64,000 nucleotides of DNA, taken from positions 42,912 through 106,911 of the forward strand of contig MFOC01000002.1 of NCBI GenBank assembly GCA_001782235.1. Direction: 5' to 3'. The notes under the pieces were generated by a model. That model did not search any database. It was not told the DNA's origin and worked only from the letters and a program-made list of their open reading frames with translations. Each line of letters opens with the position of its first letter. The first letter of the stretch is position 1. Source of the DNA: Candidatus Levybacteria bacterium RIFCSPHIGHO2_02_FULL_40_18. Lineage in GTDB: Bacteria; Patescibacteriota; Microgenomatia; Levybacterales; GWA1-39-11. The position numbers and the translations under genes were made by a program. This document shows positions 43,573-54,900 of this stretch, piece by piece.

Positions 43573-43791
43573 TTAGTGCTTGCGGTTTTGAATTAAATAA
43601 ATGATGATCGCCGCCAGAAAAAATGCGGCGGCATAATAGGTAAGCCTTTGAGCTGTGAAGAAAACCCATGCTGAAAAAAGCGGAATCGCTAAAACTAAAC
43701 ATAAAAGTCCGACCAATGTAAACCATTCAGGTTTTCTCCTAAATAAAAGTCCCAAAAGTATAATCAAGAATATTAAATCTTGTGGTTTCAT
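43573..43791 (-). CDS. Small membrane protein
   Basis: 72 aa hydrophobic ORF; FFTAQRL motif. Confidence 0.75.
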   Translation of the reverse strand: MKPQDLIFLIILLGLLFRRKPEWFTLVGLLCLVLAIPLFSAWVFFTAQRLTYYAAAFFLAAIIIYLIQNRKH

Positions 43792-45674
43792 TTTTTTAAT
43801 TTGCTTCGAGCAAGGGACATAATGATTAATGCAAGTGTTATACTGCTAATCACGAGGCCAATGTGAACCCACTTTTGCGGTCCGTAATAAATTTCCAAGA
43901 CATAATTCCCTGTTTTTGGTAAGACGAAACTGTTCATTTTATTAAACTCCGAACTTGATACGTTTAAATTCGAACTTTTCGCTATCCAGTTTTGATCGTA
44001 CCCTTCGGCAAAAACTATTCTCTCATTTATTTCCGCATTTTTGATGTTAAGCTTATATCTTGTTGGATTTATAAATTTGTAATCAATTTGCAAGTTATCG
44101 TTTGGGCTCCAAAAACGATCCTTAAAGTCAGGGGCTTCAAATACTACAATTTTGCCGAACGTTTCAACTTTTTTAAGCCAGGGGATTTCTTCCAGCCCAT
44201 TAACCGCATCTTTATATTTTTGGTCATCATATTTCCTATCAGAAAGAAATATTTCGCCTTCAGAGTCTTGCGGCACTATCACATACCGTACGGATAAATT
44301 AGAAAAAAGCTCTTGTGACTCCTCCATATTTAACTCTTGAATCATGGCAGAAGCACTTCCCGATTTTAGAAGTTCATACCTCCCAATGGCAGGATTAATA
44401 TCCGAGAAATATCCATAGCGCTGCCACTCCGGAATCCAAAGAGTTCTAAAAAATTCATTTTGTTCAACTATAAAATCTTTAAGTCGAACATAACTCTCGG
44501 GAACTTTTCTAATTTGAAAAATATCGGAGATAAATATCAATCTTAAGCTAAATATCCAAAAAATTAAAAAGGCTCCAATTAATATCTTGTGTGAAATTTT
44601 CCTTTTTAGAAATACCGAAAAATTAAATAGCGAATAAGGTATAAGGATGGAATAAGAAAGCGCAATCAAAGAATAAAATTTTGTCGGATCTCGAAAAAGA
44701 CTAAACCCGGGAATGTTCTCAAATAACCACTCGAACACCCGACCGAATGGCTCATTTGTACCTTTTGCTAAAAAGACACCTGCTAATCCCAGAAGGGCAA
44801 AAAATAATATAACTCGGCTTTGGAGAATCTCTTTCTTGTTTTTTAAGTCTATAAAAAATAGGCTTACGAAAGCCAGAATCGGAATTATTAGGAATTCAGG
44901 CCGCATAAAGTATGTCTTTCCGAAAATATTTTCCGGCCAGTTGGGATGAAGAAGGGAGATTGTGTTTTCAAAAAGAGCAAAACTGAAAAATTTTAATCCT
45001 GAAAGTGAATCAAAACCCTGCGGCAGAAATGCGGGTTTAAACAATATAAGGGGAATAATCCAGTAAGAATGAAGAAGAAAAACAATTAGTAAAGGGGTAA
45101 TAACTACATACAGTAGATGCTTTTTAAAGAATTCGGATTGAAGAAGAGAATAAAAGAAGAGCGAACCTAAAGTAAGAAGAAAAAATCGGGGATCGAATAA
45201 AAGCTGCAGGGACAAAGCTAAGCTAAAAATGATGGAGGATCTTAGGTTTGTATTTCGCAGGAGATTTATAAATGTTAGAAATACGAGAGGCATAAGAGCA
45301 TAGGCAAATGCGACGCCCTGCTGCCCGCCTAAAAAAATAGTCAAAAAATAAGTATTGGTTGTAAAAATTATTCCTGACAGTAGCGAATAAACAATGTTCT
45401 TGCTGATAATGTTTCTGAAGAGAAAAAAGGCTCCCAAAAAAGCGATGAGAAGTGCTGGTATTATCCAAAAGACAAGATTTATGATAAACCAAGGAATACC
45501 AAGATAGGAAAAAAAGGAAGTAAGATTTAAAAAGCTAGTTATCCAAATCGTATTTATGGAGGAAATCCCGATTCCTGTATTAAGACTCGAATCCCAAGCA
45601 TACGGAACATGTGCGAAAAACTTTATATTTTCTGGCCAAAAAAACCTAAAGTCTCCTAAGAGTAGATTTAACAT
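43788..45674 (-). CDS. GT-C-like membrane protein (YfhO/AftD-like)
   Basis: Multi-TM; IPGFSLFRDPTKF; C-terminal EGYDQNW..N..Y.PQ + TM. Confidence 0.7.
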   Translation of the reverse strand: MLNLLLGDFRFFWPENIKFFAHVPYAWDSSLNTGIGISSINTIWITSFLNLTSFFSYLGIPWFIINLVFWIIPALLIAFLGAFFLFRNIISKNIVYSLLSGIIFTTNTYFLTIFLGGQQGVAFAYALMPLVFLTFINLLRNTNLRSSIIFSLALSLQLLFDPRFFLLTLGSLFFYSLLQSEFFKKHLLYVVITPLLIVFLLHSYWIIPLILFKPAFLPQGFDSLSGLKFFSFALFENTISLLHPNWPENIFGKTYFMRPEFLIIPILAFVSLFFIDLKNKKEILQSRVILFFALLGLAGVFLAKGTNEPFGRVFEWLFENIPGFSLFRDPTKFYSLIALSYSILIPYSLFNFSVFLKRKISHKILIGAFLIFWIFSLRLIFISDIFQIRKVPESYVRLKDFIVEQNEFFRTLWIPEWQRYGYFSDINPAIGRYELLKSGSASAMIQELNMEESQELFSNLSVRYVIVPQDSEGEIFLSDRKYDDQKYKDAVNGLEEIPWLKKVETFGKIVVFEAPDFKDRFWSPNDNLQIDYKFINPTRYKLNIKNAEINERIVFAEGYDQNWIAKSSNLNVSSSEFNKMNSFVLPKTGNYVLEIYYGPQKWVHIGLVISSITLALIIMSLARSKLKK

Positions 45675-45675
45675 T

Positions 45676-48285
45676 TTAATGGTTATACTTTTTAAGCATT
45701 CTTTTTAAAGTTTTTCTTTTTGAATACAATCCTGTAATTGTAATAAGTCCGATTGTTGTAGCGCTTATTCCTGCCCCTATTTTAAATGAATCCGGAGAAT
45801 AGTACATTCGGATAACATGCTTCCCTTTTTGAGGGATTATTACCCCCTTCACTAACCCGTCAGCCATATAGACGGTTACTGGCTTACCACCAAGTTCTGC
45901 CTTCCATCCAGGATAATATGAGTCGCTGAATTGCAGAACCGCATTATCTTTTTGAGATTCCATCTCAAAAATCAAATCTTCAGGGGTAAACTTTTGAATT
46001 GAAACAGTGCCGGGCGACGCATTCTGAGAAGAAAGTTTTTTAAAAACCTCGGATAAAGTTTCACCATTCCTATCAGAATAACTCCATGCTGGTTTATTTG
46101 TCCAAATGGATCCTGACCTTGCATGTAAGCTTTCGTATTCAATCCACTTACTTTTTAACTCTATAATTTTCCCAGTATTTTGATAATCGCCCTTTATTGT
46201 TTCAAAAGTATCCTTATTTCTAATTCGGGGGCCAACCAGTATTAGAATCGGAAAATTTTTGAGTTCTTCAATTGTGTAATCTTCAAGATCTTTTTTTAAA
46301 GAAAGAATTGTTATTTTTTTCTCGTCAAAATCGGGATGAAACATTAGTTGTTTTGCAATAAACCCAGAGAAGTCATTAAAACGATTGTCAGAGATAAGAA
46401 GAATAGGATTTGAAATGACAGTTATTTTAGGCAATACATTCCTATCGTAAAAGATTCCCCCTTCTCCTGTTGTTGCCATTGGAGCAAGGCGTGTTTCAAG
46501 ATAATCACATACACCATCCTCTGGTTTTTTTACTTCATCTTCAATAGTATTTTCAAGATTTATTTTCGGCAGGTCCAATCTGTTACATCCCTCATACTCA
46601 AAATATTCTCTTTGTTGCATAACAAATCTTGTATTTAAAACGCTGAATATTTTAAATCTTTTTTTTGTTACCTCTAAGCTATCTTGAGTGCTACCTTTTT
46701 GAATAACCGAATCTTCATAGGTTGGTACAACTTTGGCATAGAAAGGGGATAATGAATAAATATTACCTTCTAGCAAGTCTGCATTAGAAAGATTATAGAA
46801 ATCACTAGTAAAATTTGAGTATAATCTTCCCTCTGGTTTATAAACGTTAAAAACGTGAAGTAAAATGGCTAAGAGATTGGTTGTTTTTATGCTTGTATAG
46901 GGTGGATTATTATAATCTTGAGTTTTAATGATATTAATTGGTTCATTTTTAACTTTTTCTAGTAAATTGATACTATTTGTAAGACTTGCTGATTTAAAAG
47001 AGGTCTGAATAAATGTGACAGTGGAAAAAATGAGAATCATTCCAAAAATGTATCCAAAAAATCTAATTATAAAATGTCTTTTTTGTCTTATTAAAAGGTC
47101 AAGACCTAGAGCAACACAAACCATAAATGCAAATTGTATGATAATCATGAAACGAAAAGGATACTTGTTGGAATTGAAACCTGGAAGAAAATTATATATT
47201 AACGAGTAAAAATCAATTGGGACCTGATTAGCTAGATATCCCCATATGCCAATAATTAACAAGCCTAAAAATATTCCATGCAATAGAGATCGCTTTAATA
47301 AAAAATAGATAAAGCAAATAAGAACAAGGAAAATACCTATGTCATTTGCCCATTGTGTAAAAGAAGTAGTATGCCCAGGAGTAATAAAAAAATTACGTAA
47401 ACGATCCCAGAGCACAGAAAATGGCTGAATATCAACTTCTGATTCAGAAAGAGAAAGAAGACTTCTTGATGAAAGAGATCGGAATTCCAGTAATGGAATT
47501 AGTTTTACTGCTGAAATCCCAATGAATCCAACCCAAAAAACAACATTTAAAGATAAATATGAAAAAAAATGTTTGAGAAAATTTAAATTTCTCTCTTTTC
47601 TATTTTCCCACAAAAACCGCAAACCTAACATAAGCATTATCCATAAGAGCACTATTGAATTGTAGTGGAAAACATAATATGTGTTGTCAAAAAAATGCAA
47701 AGACATAATAATAGCTCCGATAATCATGTATAGGTAATTTTTTTTCATTATTCCAAGCCATACAAACATAACTGTAAGAGGAAGAAGCATAACTCCTATG
47801 AATTCTTCAAACCAACCATTTACACCAAACAAAAATGCATATTGGTTAGCCACATAAGGAATGCTAATAAGAAAACTCGTAGTCCGAGAAAGCTTTAGAA
47901 CTCTTAATAGAAAATAAAATGCTACAGATGCAAATGAAATATAAAAAAGTTCCATAAATCGAGCCGCTGATGCAGGATCATTAAAAAAAATAATAGTTAA
48001 CCAAGCAATAGGAGAAAAATGGTAACCGCTTGGATGACTTATTAATGACATACCCGATAAGAGAAACTGATTCCATAATGCAAATTGACCATAGTGAATA
48101 AGTGAGTATTTCATTACTATTGCAATATATCCGTTAAATCGTGCGGCATCTCCAAAAATAATTGTTTTAGGAGCTGTTATTAAAAATTGATAGGTAAATA
48201 CTGTGATCAAAACCAGCAATAGACCAATTAGAATATCTTTCAAATGACCAGAAGATAAATTTATTTTTTTAAAGATTTTTTTCAT
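45676..48285 (-). CDS. YfhO-like GT-C membrane protein
   Basis: LWNQFLLSG, PGF...PFRF, DSYYPGWKA and YSPDSF + TM. Confidence 0.8.
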   Translation of the reverse strand: MKKIFKKINLSSGHLKDILIGLLLVLITVFTYQFLITAPKTIIFGDAARFNGYIAIVMKYSLIHYGQFALWNQFLLSGMSLISHPSGYHFSPIAWLTIIFFNDPASAARFMELFYISFASVAFYFLLRVLKLSRTTSFLISIPYVANQYAFLFGVNGWFEEFIGVMLLPLTVMFVWLGIMKKNYLYMIIGAIIMSLHFFDNTYYVFHYNSIVLLWIMLMLGLRFLWENRKERNLNFLKHFFSYLSLNVVFWVGFIGISAVKLIPLLEFRSLSSRSLLSLSESEVDIQPFSVLWDRLRNFFITPGHTTSFTQWANDIGIFLVLICFIYFLLKRSLLHGIFLGLLIIGIWGYLANQVPIDFYSLIYNFLPGFNSNKYPFRFMIIIQFAFMVCVALGLDLLIRQKRHFIIRFFGYIFGMILIFSTVTFIQTSFKSASLTNSINLLEKVKNEPINIIKTQDYNNPPYTSIKTTNLLAILLHVFNVYKPEGRLYSNFTSDFYNLSNADLLEGNIYSLSPFYAKVVPTYEDSVIQKGSTQDSLEVTKKRFKIFSVLNTRFVMQQREYFEYEGCNRLDLPKINLENTIEDEVKKPEDGVCDYLETRLAPMATTGEGGIFYDRNVLPKITVISNPILLISDNRFNDFSGFIAKQLMFHPDFDEKKITILSLKKDLEDYTIEELKNFPILILVGPRIRNKDTFETIKGDYQNTGKIIELKSKWIEYESLHARSGSIWTNKPAWSYSDRNGETLSEVFKKLSSQNASPGTVSIQKFTPEDLIFEMESQKDNAVLQFSDSYYPGWKAELGGKPVTVYMADGLVKGVIIPQKGKHVIRMYYSPDSFKIGAGISATTIGLITITGLYSKRKTLKRMLKKYNH

Positions 48286-48316
48286 TTATTTCCGGTATAA
48301 AGAATGACTATTTCAA

Positions 48317-49246
48317 TCACAAATAAAGCTTTTTAATGAGGTACTGTGGTCTTTTTCTAATTTCATCGTAAATCCTCCATAAATATTCTCCTATGACTCC
48401 AAGCATCATCATAATTAATCCTGAGGCAATTAGTAATACAATCATTATAGGTGCATATCCTTGAAATGGGATATCGTTAAACAATCGTGCAAAAAGAACT
48501 ACTAATGCATATATAAATCCTAAAAATGACGTCATAACGCCGATAAAAGACATTATCCTTATTGGCAAATAAGAGGTATTGATAAATCCGTCAATAAAAT
48601 ACTTAATTTTCTTTGTGAAATTCCATTGAGATTTTCCTATTACTCTTTTTAACCGTTTATACTTTATGAAATAGGGTTCGTATCCTAACCAAAGAAGATC
48701 TCCCTGAATGAAAGAATTTCGCTCATCAAAGCTCAATACCCTTTTATATACCTCATTATCTACTAAAAAATAATCAAAACCTCCCGCCGGCATTTTTGGA
48801 ACAGCTACCTTAATTAGGCTATAAAATATTTTAGATGTAATTTTAGAAATAAAATCATCTTCTCTATCTATTCTTGCACAAGCAACCACTTTGTAACCCT
48901 TATTCCATTTTTCAATCATTTTTGTAATAAGGTCAGGCGGATCTTGTAAATCGGCCGAGATATGTATAAGAAGATTCCCCTTCGCATGCTGAAAACCTGC
49001 AAGTATTGCGGACTGCTGCCCAAAATTCCTTACAAAATCTATTACTGTAACATTCCTGTCAACTTTCTTTATTTTCAGCAACTCATTCAAAGAATTATCA
49101 TCCGAGCCGTCGTTGATAAATATAATTTCATAAGCATATCTGCTTAATAATTCTCTTAATACGGAGATAAGACTTATGTAGGTCTTGTACAATGTCCCTT
49201 CATTTCTATAAACAGGAACAACTACCGAAATCAGCTTTTTTTTCAT
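48317..49246 (-). CDS. Polyprenol-phosphate glycosyltransferase (GtrB/ArnC-like GT2)
   Basis: NDGSDD, RNFGQ, ADLQDPP, two C-terminal TMs and GEYLWRIY. Confidence 0.92.
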   Translation of the reverse strand: MKKKLISVVVPVYRNEGTLYKTYISLISVLRELLSRYAYEIIFINDGSDDNSLNELLKIKKVDRNVTVIDFVRNFGQQSAILAGFQHAKGNLLIHISADLQDPPDLITKMIEKWNKGYKVVACARIDREDDFISKITSKIFYSLIKVAVPKMPAGGFDYFLVDNEVYKRVLSFDERNSFIQGDLLWLGYEPYFIKYKRLKRVIGKSQWNFTKKIKYFIDGFINTSYLPIRIMSFIGVMTSFLGFIYALVVLFARLFNDIPFQGYAPIMIVLLIASGLIMMMLGVIGEYLWRIYDEIRKRPQYLIKKLYL

Positions 49247-49252
49247 TGCAAC

Positions 49253-49822
49253 TTATAATTCCTGGTCTTTTAAAAATTTTATTTCTTTTTCAAGAAGTTC
49301 TCTCGATCTTTTTTTTATAAATTTAGCCGGAATACCACCGTAAATACAAAAACTTTTACAGTTATTCTTAATGAGTGAAAGAGCCCCAACGCAGACTCCG
49401 TCTTCAAGTATTATGTTTGGAAGAATTATGCTACCCGACCCAACTATAACATGCTTTCCAATATTAACATCTCCGTGAGTCACGTTGGTAAATTTTGGAT
49501 CAACTGTAGGATTTGTCATATACTCCCCTGAATAATCATCGCTGCTTGAATAGATAGAAACTCTTGATGAAATTGTTGAAAAATCACCAACAGTTATTTT
49601 CTCTTTGCCAATCAAAGAAGCAAATACAGAGATATGAATGTTTTTACCGATCCAAATACCTCCGCTCCCTGCTGATAAAACGCAAAAATCATCAATTCTG
49701 GAATTATCCCCTATTGAAATATTGCTCGTATTATGGAAAGAGGCCTTCGGTGAGATTTTTAGATTCTTGCCTAAATGCTTGAAGCCAAATTTATTTAATT
49801 GAGGTCTTGTTAAAAATGCCAT
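49253..49822 (-). CDS. Hexapeptide acetyltransferase (VioB-like)
   Basis: SRIDDFC, SDDYSG and GGIPAK motifs; follows the aminotransferase; start at MAFLT. Confidence 0.8.
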   Translation of the reverse strand: MAFLTRPQLNKFGFKHLGKNLKISPKASFHNTSNISIGDNSRIDDFCVLSAGSGGIWIGKNIHISVFASLIGKEKITVGDFSTISSRVSIYSSSDDYSGEYMTNPTVDPKFTNVTHGDVNIGKHVIVGSGSIILPNIILEDGVCVGALSLIKNNCKSFCIYGGIPAKFIKKRSRELLEKEIKFLKDQEL

Positions 49823-49823
49823 A

Positions 49824-50912
49824 TTATGATACTTCCTTCTGGGACGCAATAATTAGTTTCGCAATTAAATTCACTTCCTCTTTAGATAACGACTCATATA
49901 AAGGAAGGCACATAATTCTCCTTGCTATATCTTCCGACACTGGACAGCTATACTTTTTGACGTAATTTAATGTATTTAGAGATGGATAAAAATATCTTCG
50001 CGGAAAAATATTGTGCTTATTTAAACTGTTTTTTACTCTCAAAAGCTCGGATTCTGATTCAAATATGACTGGATAATACGAATAATTATATTCTAAATTC
50101 TCAAAGAGCCCCGGTCTGGTTAATTTAGCCCTCTTAAGTGCTTCATCGTAAAGTTTGGAGAGCTTTCTTCTCCTTGATATAAAGGTCTTAACTTTTGGGA
50201 GTATGGCAAGTCCCATAGCAGCATGGAATTCTGTATTCTTCCCATTTATACCTAATCCAAAAAAGGATTCCTCCCCGTTATGTCCAAAGTTGCGCATGTA
50301 AGAAATTTTATGAGCAAACTGGTCGTCTGAAGTGGTTATAGCTCCTCCCTCAACGGTATGAAAGATCTTTGTTGCGTGGAAACTTAGAATAGATATATCT
50401 CCAAAGTTAACCAAGGGAATTTTTTTATATTTAACACCAAATGCATGCGCGGCATCGTATATGATTTTAAGTTTGTTTTTCTTTGCAATCTTTCCAATCG
50501 CCTCAACATCGCAAGAATTTCCATATACGTGGACAGCCAATATCGCCTTTGTTTTTGAGGTAATGGCTTTTTGAATTTTTTTTACATCAATAGTTAATGT
50601 TCCTGGATCAATATCAACAAAAATCGGCCTACAATGCTCCCAAACTATTGACGAGGTTGACGCTACATAAGAGAAAGGCGTGGTTATTATCTCTCCATCT
50701 TTCAGGTCAAGAGCGCGTATAGCAATCTGCAAAGCGGTAGTACCATTGGAAACGAAAAATAAATGTTTAACCTCTAAATATTTTTTAAGTTTCTTTTCAA
50801 GACTAAGTACGTATTTACTGTGGTTTGTGATAAATCCGCTCTTCCATATCTCCTCAACATATTTGATATATTCTTTGATAGGCGGAAGATATGTTTTAGT
50901 TACGGTAATCAT
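49824..50912 (-). CDS. DegT/DnrJ sugar aminotransferase (VioA-like)
   Basis: NGTTAL, YDAAHAFG, SFHATK (PLP Lys) and RRYFYP motifs. Confidence 0.92.
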   Translation of the reverse strand: MITVTKTYLPPIKEYIKYVEEIWKSGFITNHSKYVLSLEKKLKKYLEVKHLFFVSNGTTALQIAIRALDLKDGEIITTPFSYVASTSSIVWEHCRPIFVDIDPGTLTIDVKKIQKAITSKTKAILAVHVYGNSCDVEAIGKIAKKNKLKIIYDAAHAFGVKYKKIPLVNFGDISILSFHATKIFHTVEGGAITTSDDQFAHKISYMRNFGHNGEESFFGLGINGKNTEFHAAMGLAILPKVKTFISRRRKLSKLYDEALKRAKLTRPGLFENLEYNYSYYPVIFESESELLRVKNSLNKHNIFPRRYFYPSLNTLNYVKKYSCPVSEDIARRIMCLPLYESLSKEEVNLIAKLIIASQKEVS

Positions 50913-50922
50913 CTTTTATACA

Positions 50923-51609
50923 TTATTTCTTTGCGATTATAAATACGGGCGAATTAATAAAAGTTGATTTTATTGCTATGGGGAATATTAAATGTAAGTG
51001 TTTACTGAGTTTATAAAAAAAGGGGAGAAAAGAAACTTGCCTAATAGATAACTTGGTAAATCCGTTTTTTTTAAATATTTTTTTCCATTCGTTAAGCGAT
51101 TTAACATTTATATGCGTGGGGTCGTTTGACAAATCAGTTTGGGCATTTGGTGTCGAACATATAAGTACACCGTTTTTTTTGAGTTTATTTTTCATATTGA
51201 TTATCGCATGTTCTGGATTTTTCAAATGCTCAATTACTTCAAAGGCTATAATTATATCAAAAGTCCCCATCAACGGTATACGTTTTTCTACGTCAAACAC
51301 GTGAAATGAGATGTTTTTTTTAAGTTTCTTTGCAAGTTTTTCTGCTTTACTAACTGCATATTTTGAAATATCCGAAGCATGAACTTCAAAACCGCGTTCG
51401 TAAAAAATATTACTCGCGCCTCCTATCGAACAGCCAATCTCCAAAACCTTACGGCCTACGCCATTTTTAAGGTCAACAAATTTATCAAGATAGGAAATCC
51501 AACCATAAAACCAATTTATAGAACGATCCAAATCCCCTTCTTTAAATTCGCCAACATTCCTCGTATAATAACCAGTGAAATACCCCTTTTCAAATTTGCG
51601 CCTTTGCAT
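50923..51609 (-). CDS. Class I SAM-dependent methyltransferase
   Basis: VLEIGCSIG, EVIEHL and DPTHI motifs. Confidence 0.9.
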   Translation of the reverse strand: MQRRKFEKGYFTGYYTRNVGEFKEGDLDRSINWFYGWISYLDKFVDLKNGVGRKVLEIGCSIGGASNIFYERGFEVHASDISKYAVSKAEKLAKKLKKNISFHVFDVEKRIPLMGTFDIIIAFEVIEHLKNPEHAIINMKNKLKKNGVLICSTPNAQTDLSNDPTHINVKSLNEWKKIFKKNGFTKLSIRQVSFLPFFYKLSKHLHLIFPIAIKSTFINSPVFIIAKK

Positions 51610-51998
51610 TAAGCCTCGTGTAAACTTACTCTTTCAATTATTAGTTGTCTTATAACATAAGTTAGGATAAAAACATACGCCGCAAATCCCAAAACGTCGG
51701 AAGCAAATTCAAGCTCAATAACTGTAAAGGGAATGGCAAGAATAAACATTGCAATTCCAAAAATGAGTGTTCTTTTATTGGTTATGTATTCCCTAAGGAG
51801 GAGATTAGCAAGAATCCATAGTATCGCAGCTATGTAGTAATAATACTTGTCAATAATATTAAAGTAAGGAAGAGTATTAAGAAACACTAAGAACTGATAG
51901 GTAAAAACCAAAAATACAATTTGAGGCAAATAATCCCTAAAGAACTTAGTAGGTGTCCTAAATGACTTTTTTATTTTTTCCGAAAGATTGTCCAACAT
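51609..51998 (-). CDS. Small membrane protein (about 4 TM)
   Basis: Hydrophobic ORF; start uncertain (MLDNL chosen to limit overlap). Confidence 0.6.
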   Translation of the reverse strand: MLDNLSEKIKKSFRTPTKFFRDYLPQIVFLVFTYQFLVFLNTLPYFNIIDKYYYYIAAILWILANLLLREYITNKRTLIFGIAMFILAIPFTVIELEFASDVLGFAAYVFILTYVIRQLIIERVSLHEA

Positions 51999-54900
51999 AC
52001 TCCAACAATAATAGTGAAAATTGTAGCTACCGTCAAATACGCACCCCACATGTATATCTTTTGAGGATAGTAATATAAGTTAACTTTTTTTTGTATACCA
52101 TCTTTTACATACCACCCATTTGTGAATCCTCCTGAGGGGTAGTGCGCATCAGTATCGAATGGTATACATTCTTTACCTTCCTCACAGAAACGCCAGAATT
52201 TTCCATAGCTTTCGCGCATAACTAAAGTAACCGGATCTTTGCTTGGCTTAACATTTATATTGTATTCAACTGGACTTATCTTCTCAAAGTCTGAAACATA
52301 TTCATTTTCTTGCGTTGCTCTTTGTTTTTGATAAAAGACTACCACAGGAAATGAAATTTTATAGAGAGCAACATCCTGAATTTCTATTATATTCTGACCA
52401 GGATCAATAAATCTTAAGTCTTCTCTTCCTTTAATACCTTGCTCCTGACTAAGAGACACGAACCCATTACATAGGTTTATTTTTATTCTATCTCCTACTG
52501 GCCTTACTAATTCATTATGAGTTGCCCAAGCACGACTATTAGGGATAAATGATTCCCGTATCCTGAGTCTTGGAATTTTCACTTTTGGATCATTAACATA
52601 GAAACTTAAATCATTTTTATCAGTTAAGTTTCTATAACTAAATGAAACTATGTATTCAGCTCCCAAGGTCTCAAGATTGTTAACTGAATAAGTCATGCAT
52701 TTATTTCTACTTTCAAGATTCATGGAAATCTTATTGCCGTCTCTAATAATCCCTCCTGTACCATCAGGAAACTCAGGTTTTACAGAGGAAATAAGATTAG
52801 ATAGTGTTGAGTCTTGAAAAGCCAGATGAACTTGATTTTGTGTAAAGTTCATTTTTCCAAAATATAACCAATCACTTACCTCCGCAATCGGAGCAAGGGA
52901 TACATTGTTTTCTTGTACTGATATTCTTGAGCCCGATGAATCTCCCACGGGATTTGAAAAGCTATTCTTCTTAGCGTATATATCGTAGCTTCCCGTTTTA
53001 GGAAGATCAAAAATATATCTTTTATCTATTATGTCTTGCGTAACCCATTGTTTTTGGTCTGTAATTTTTTTAATTTCCAATAACTCATCGTAAGCTAACG
53101 AAAAACCTTTTCTATGATCTATATTAAGTATTGGATTATCAAAAATCGAATCAATAAGCGTAACCTCTTGTAATAAGTGTCCGTTAATAGTTCGCGCTAA
53201 TCTATTTTCTTCTTTACCGCTAACGCTCCAACGCTTTGATACCAAATCTTTGAGTTCGACGATTGCTTTATTGTATCCATCTACTGCTCTTTGCAAGAAT
53301 TGTAATTTTTCTTTTGAATCTATCATCCATTTTGCTTCCACAATTCTTCTATCAGCGATAGTTAGATAATGGTTAACTAGTGAGGAAAAGTCACGTGCTT
53401 GTTCGCGAATCCTATCTTCTCGATATAAAATTAAAGGATAAAGAACAGAACCAGGTAGAATTTTAGGATTGTAATAAGTGAATCCAAAAAACTCTTCTTT
53501 TAAGTTACACTGTATACATTCTGGAGCAACAAATATATCTGTTGCTTCATTCGCGTAATATGAAAATTTTTTAGGTTCAAGATCAGCCATAAAGAGAGGA
53601 CTTGTTGGATCAAACCCAGGGAAAGAAACAATGTTTTTTAATTCTCCCTGTAAAAAATTAAGCTTTGGAGTGATTGTTATTCTATACGATCTATCTGTAT
53701 CCGCGATGTCATACACTTTCCATTTCCCAAATGTTTTTTCAAGCTTAAACTTAGGATTATTATCAAGAATCTTCCCATAGATCGCAGGATTAGTTGTCCC
53801 CCATGAAATGTTCTGCCAATCAAAATCTTCATGTACTATGACTCCATCAATTGCAAATACTTCAGTAAAGTCAGTAAAACTTTTAATATCCTCATGAAGC
53901 AAAGCGCTATACATTTGTTTCATTAAAAATCTTTCACTCTGAGGAACCAAAAAAGTATTCTGAACATAAGAATTTTTAGCCATTAGACTATTTATTGGGG
54001 CTGCGCTCCAATATCCCCATTGATATGCGATATATCCCGTATCGCTTATCTCAGGAACTATAAGATATCGCCTTGTCGGATTTTGTTGATTTACCCATTT
54101 ACCAAAATCGAAAACATATTGTGGTACGTTAACGCGGGTTGAAAGCTCTTTTCCTGGCTCACTCGAATAATCAAAAAAAGATCCGCTTATGATTGGGTAA
54201 TGGTATAGTACATAAAGCACGGTAAATAGACCTATTAAAACAAAATGAATGGGGGGAATAAATATTTTTTTTGTTTTAGCAAACTGCTCAAATCGCGAAA
54301 ATATCACATCAAGAGTAAAACCAATTAGAATACCGTACACAAACCATTGAACATAATCGAATTTGTAAAAATTACTTCTAAATATTGCGAATCCGGGAAT
54401 ATATAGAATAAAGAATTCATAGATAATACCAAGTTGTGACTTAGGACCAGCGGCAAAAATTAAAGTCACTAAGCTAATTAAAACAAAAAGATAAATAAAG
54501 AATTTTTCTCTTTTTATTTTTACAAGCAACAAAGACCCGTAAGCCGCAAGAGGAAAAAAGAAGCTTGCAACTATTAAAAACGGATTTAATAAAAAGTTTC
54601 CCGCATATGAGTGATATGCATTTAAATACCACTCTGGTATTCCCTGACCTCTAAAAAGGTTTATAAATGTAGATCCTTTTGAAAGATATTCTGACCAAGC
54701 CAGTGCCCCTTGCGCACCCCCTGCAAGAGCTAAATCCCGAGAGTAAAAACCCAAAATATAGTAGATGTAGGGGAAAAACCAATATGCACTGAGCAAAAGG
54801 TACAAAATACCTACTCCAAAAAAATAGAGTATTGTTTTTCGGAGCGTCTGAAAACTCCTTTCAATAAAATTGAAGTACAAAGCTGAGAGTACCAAAAAGA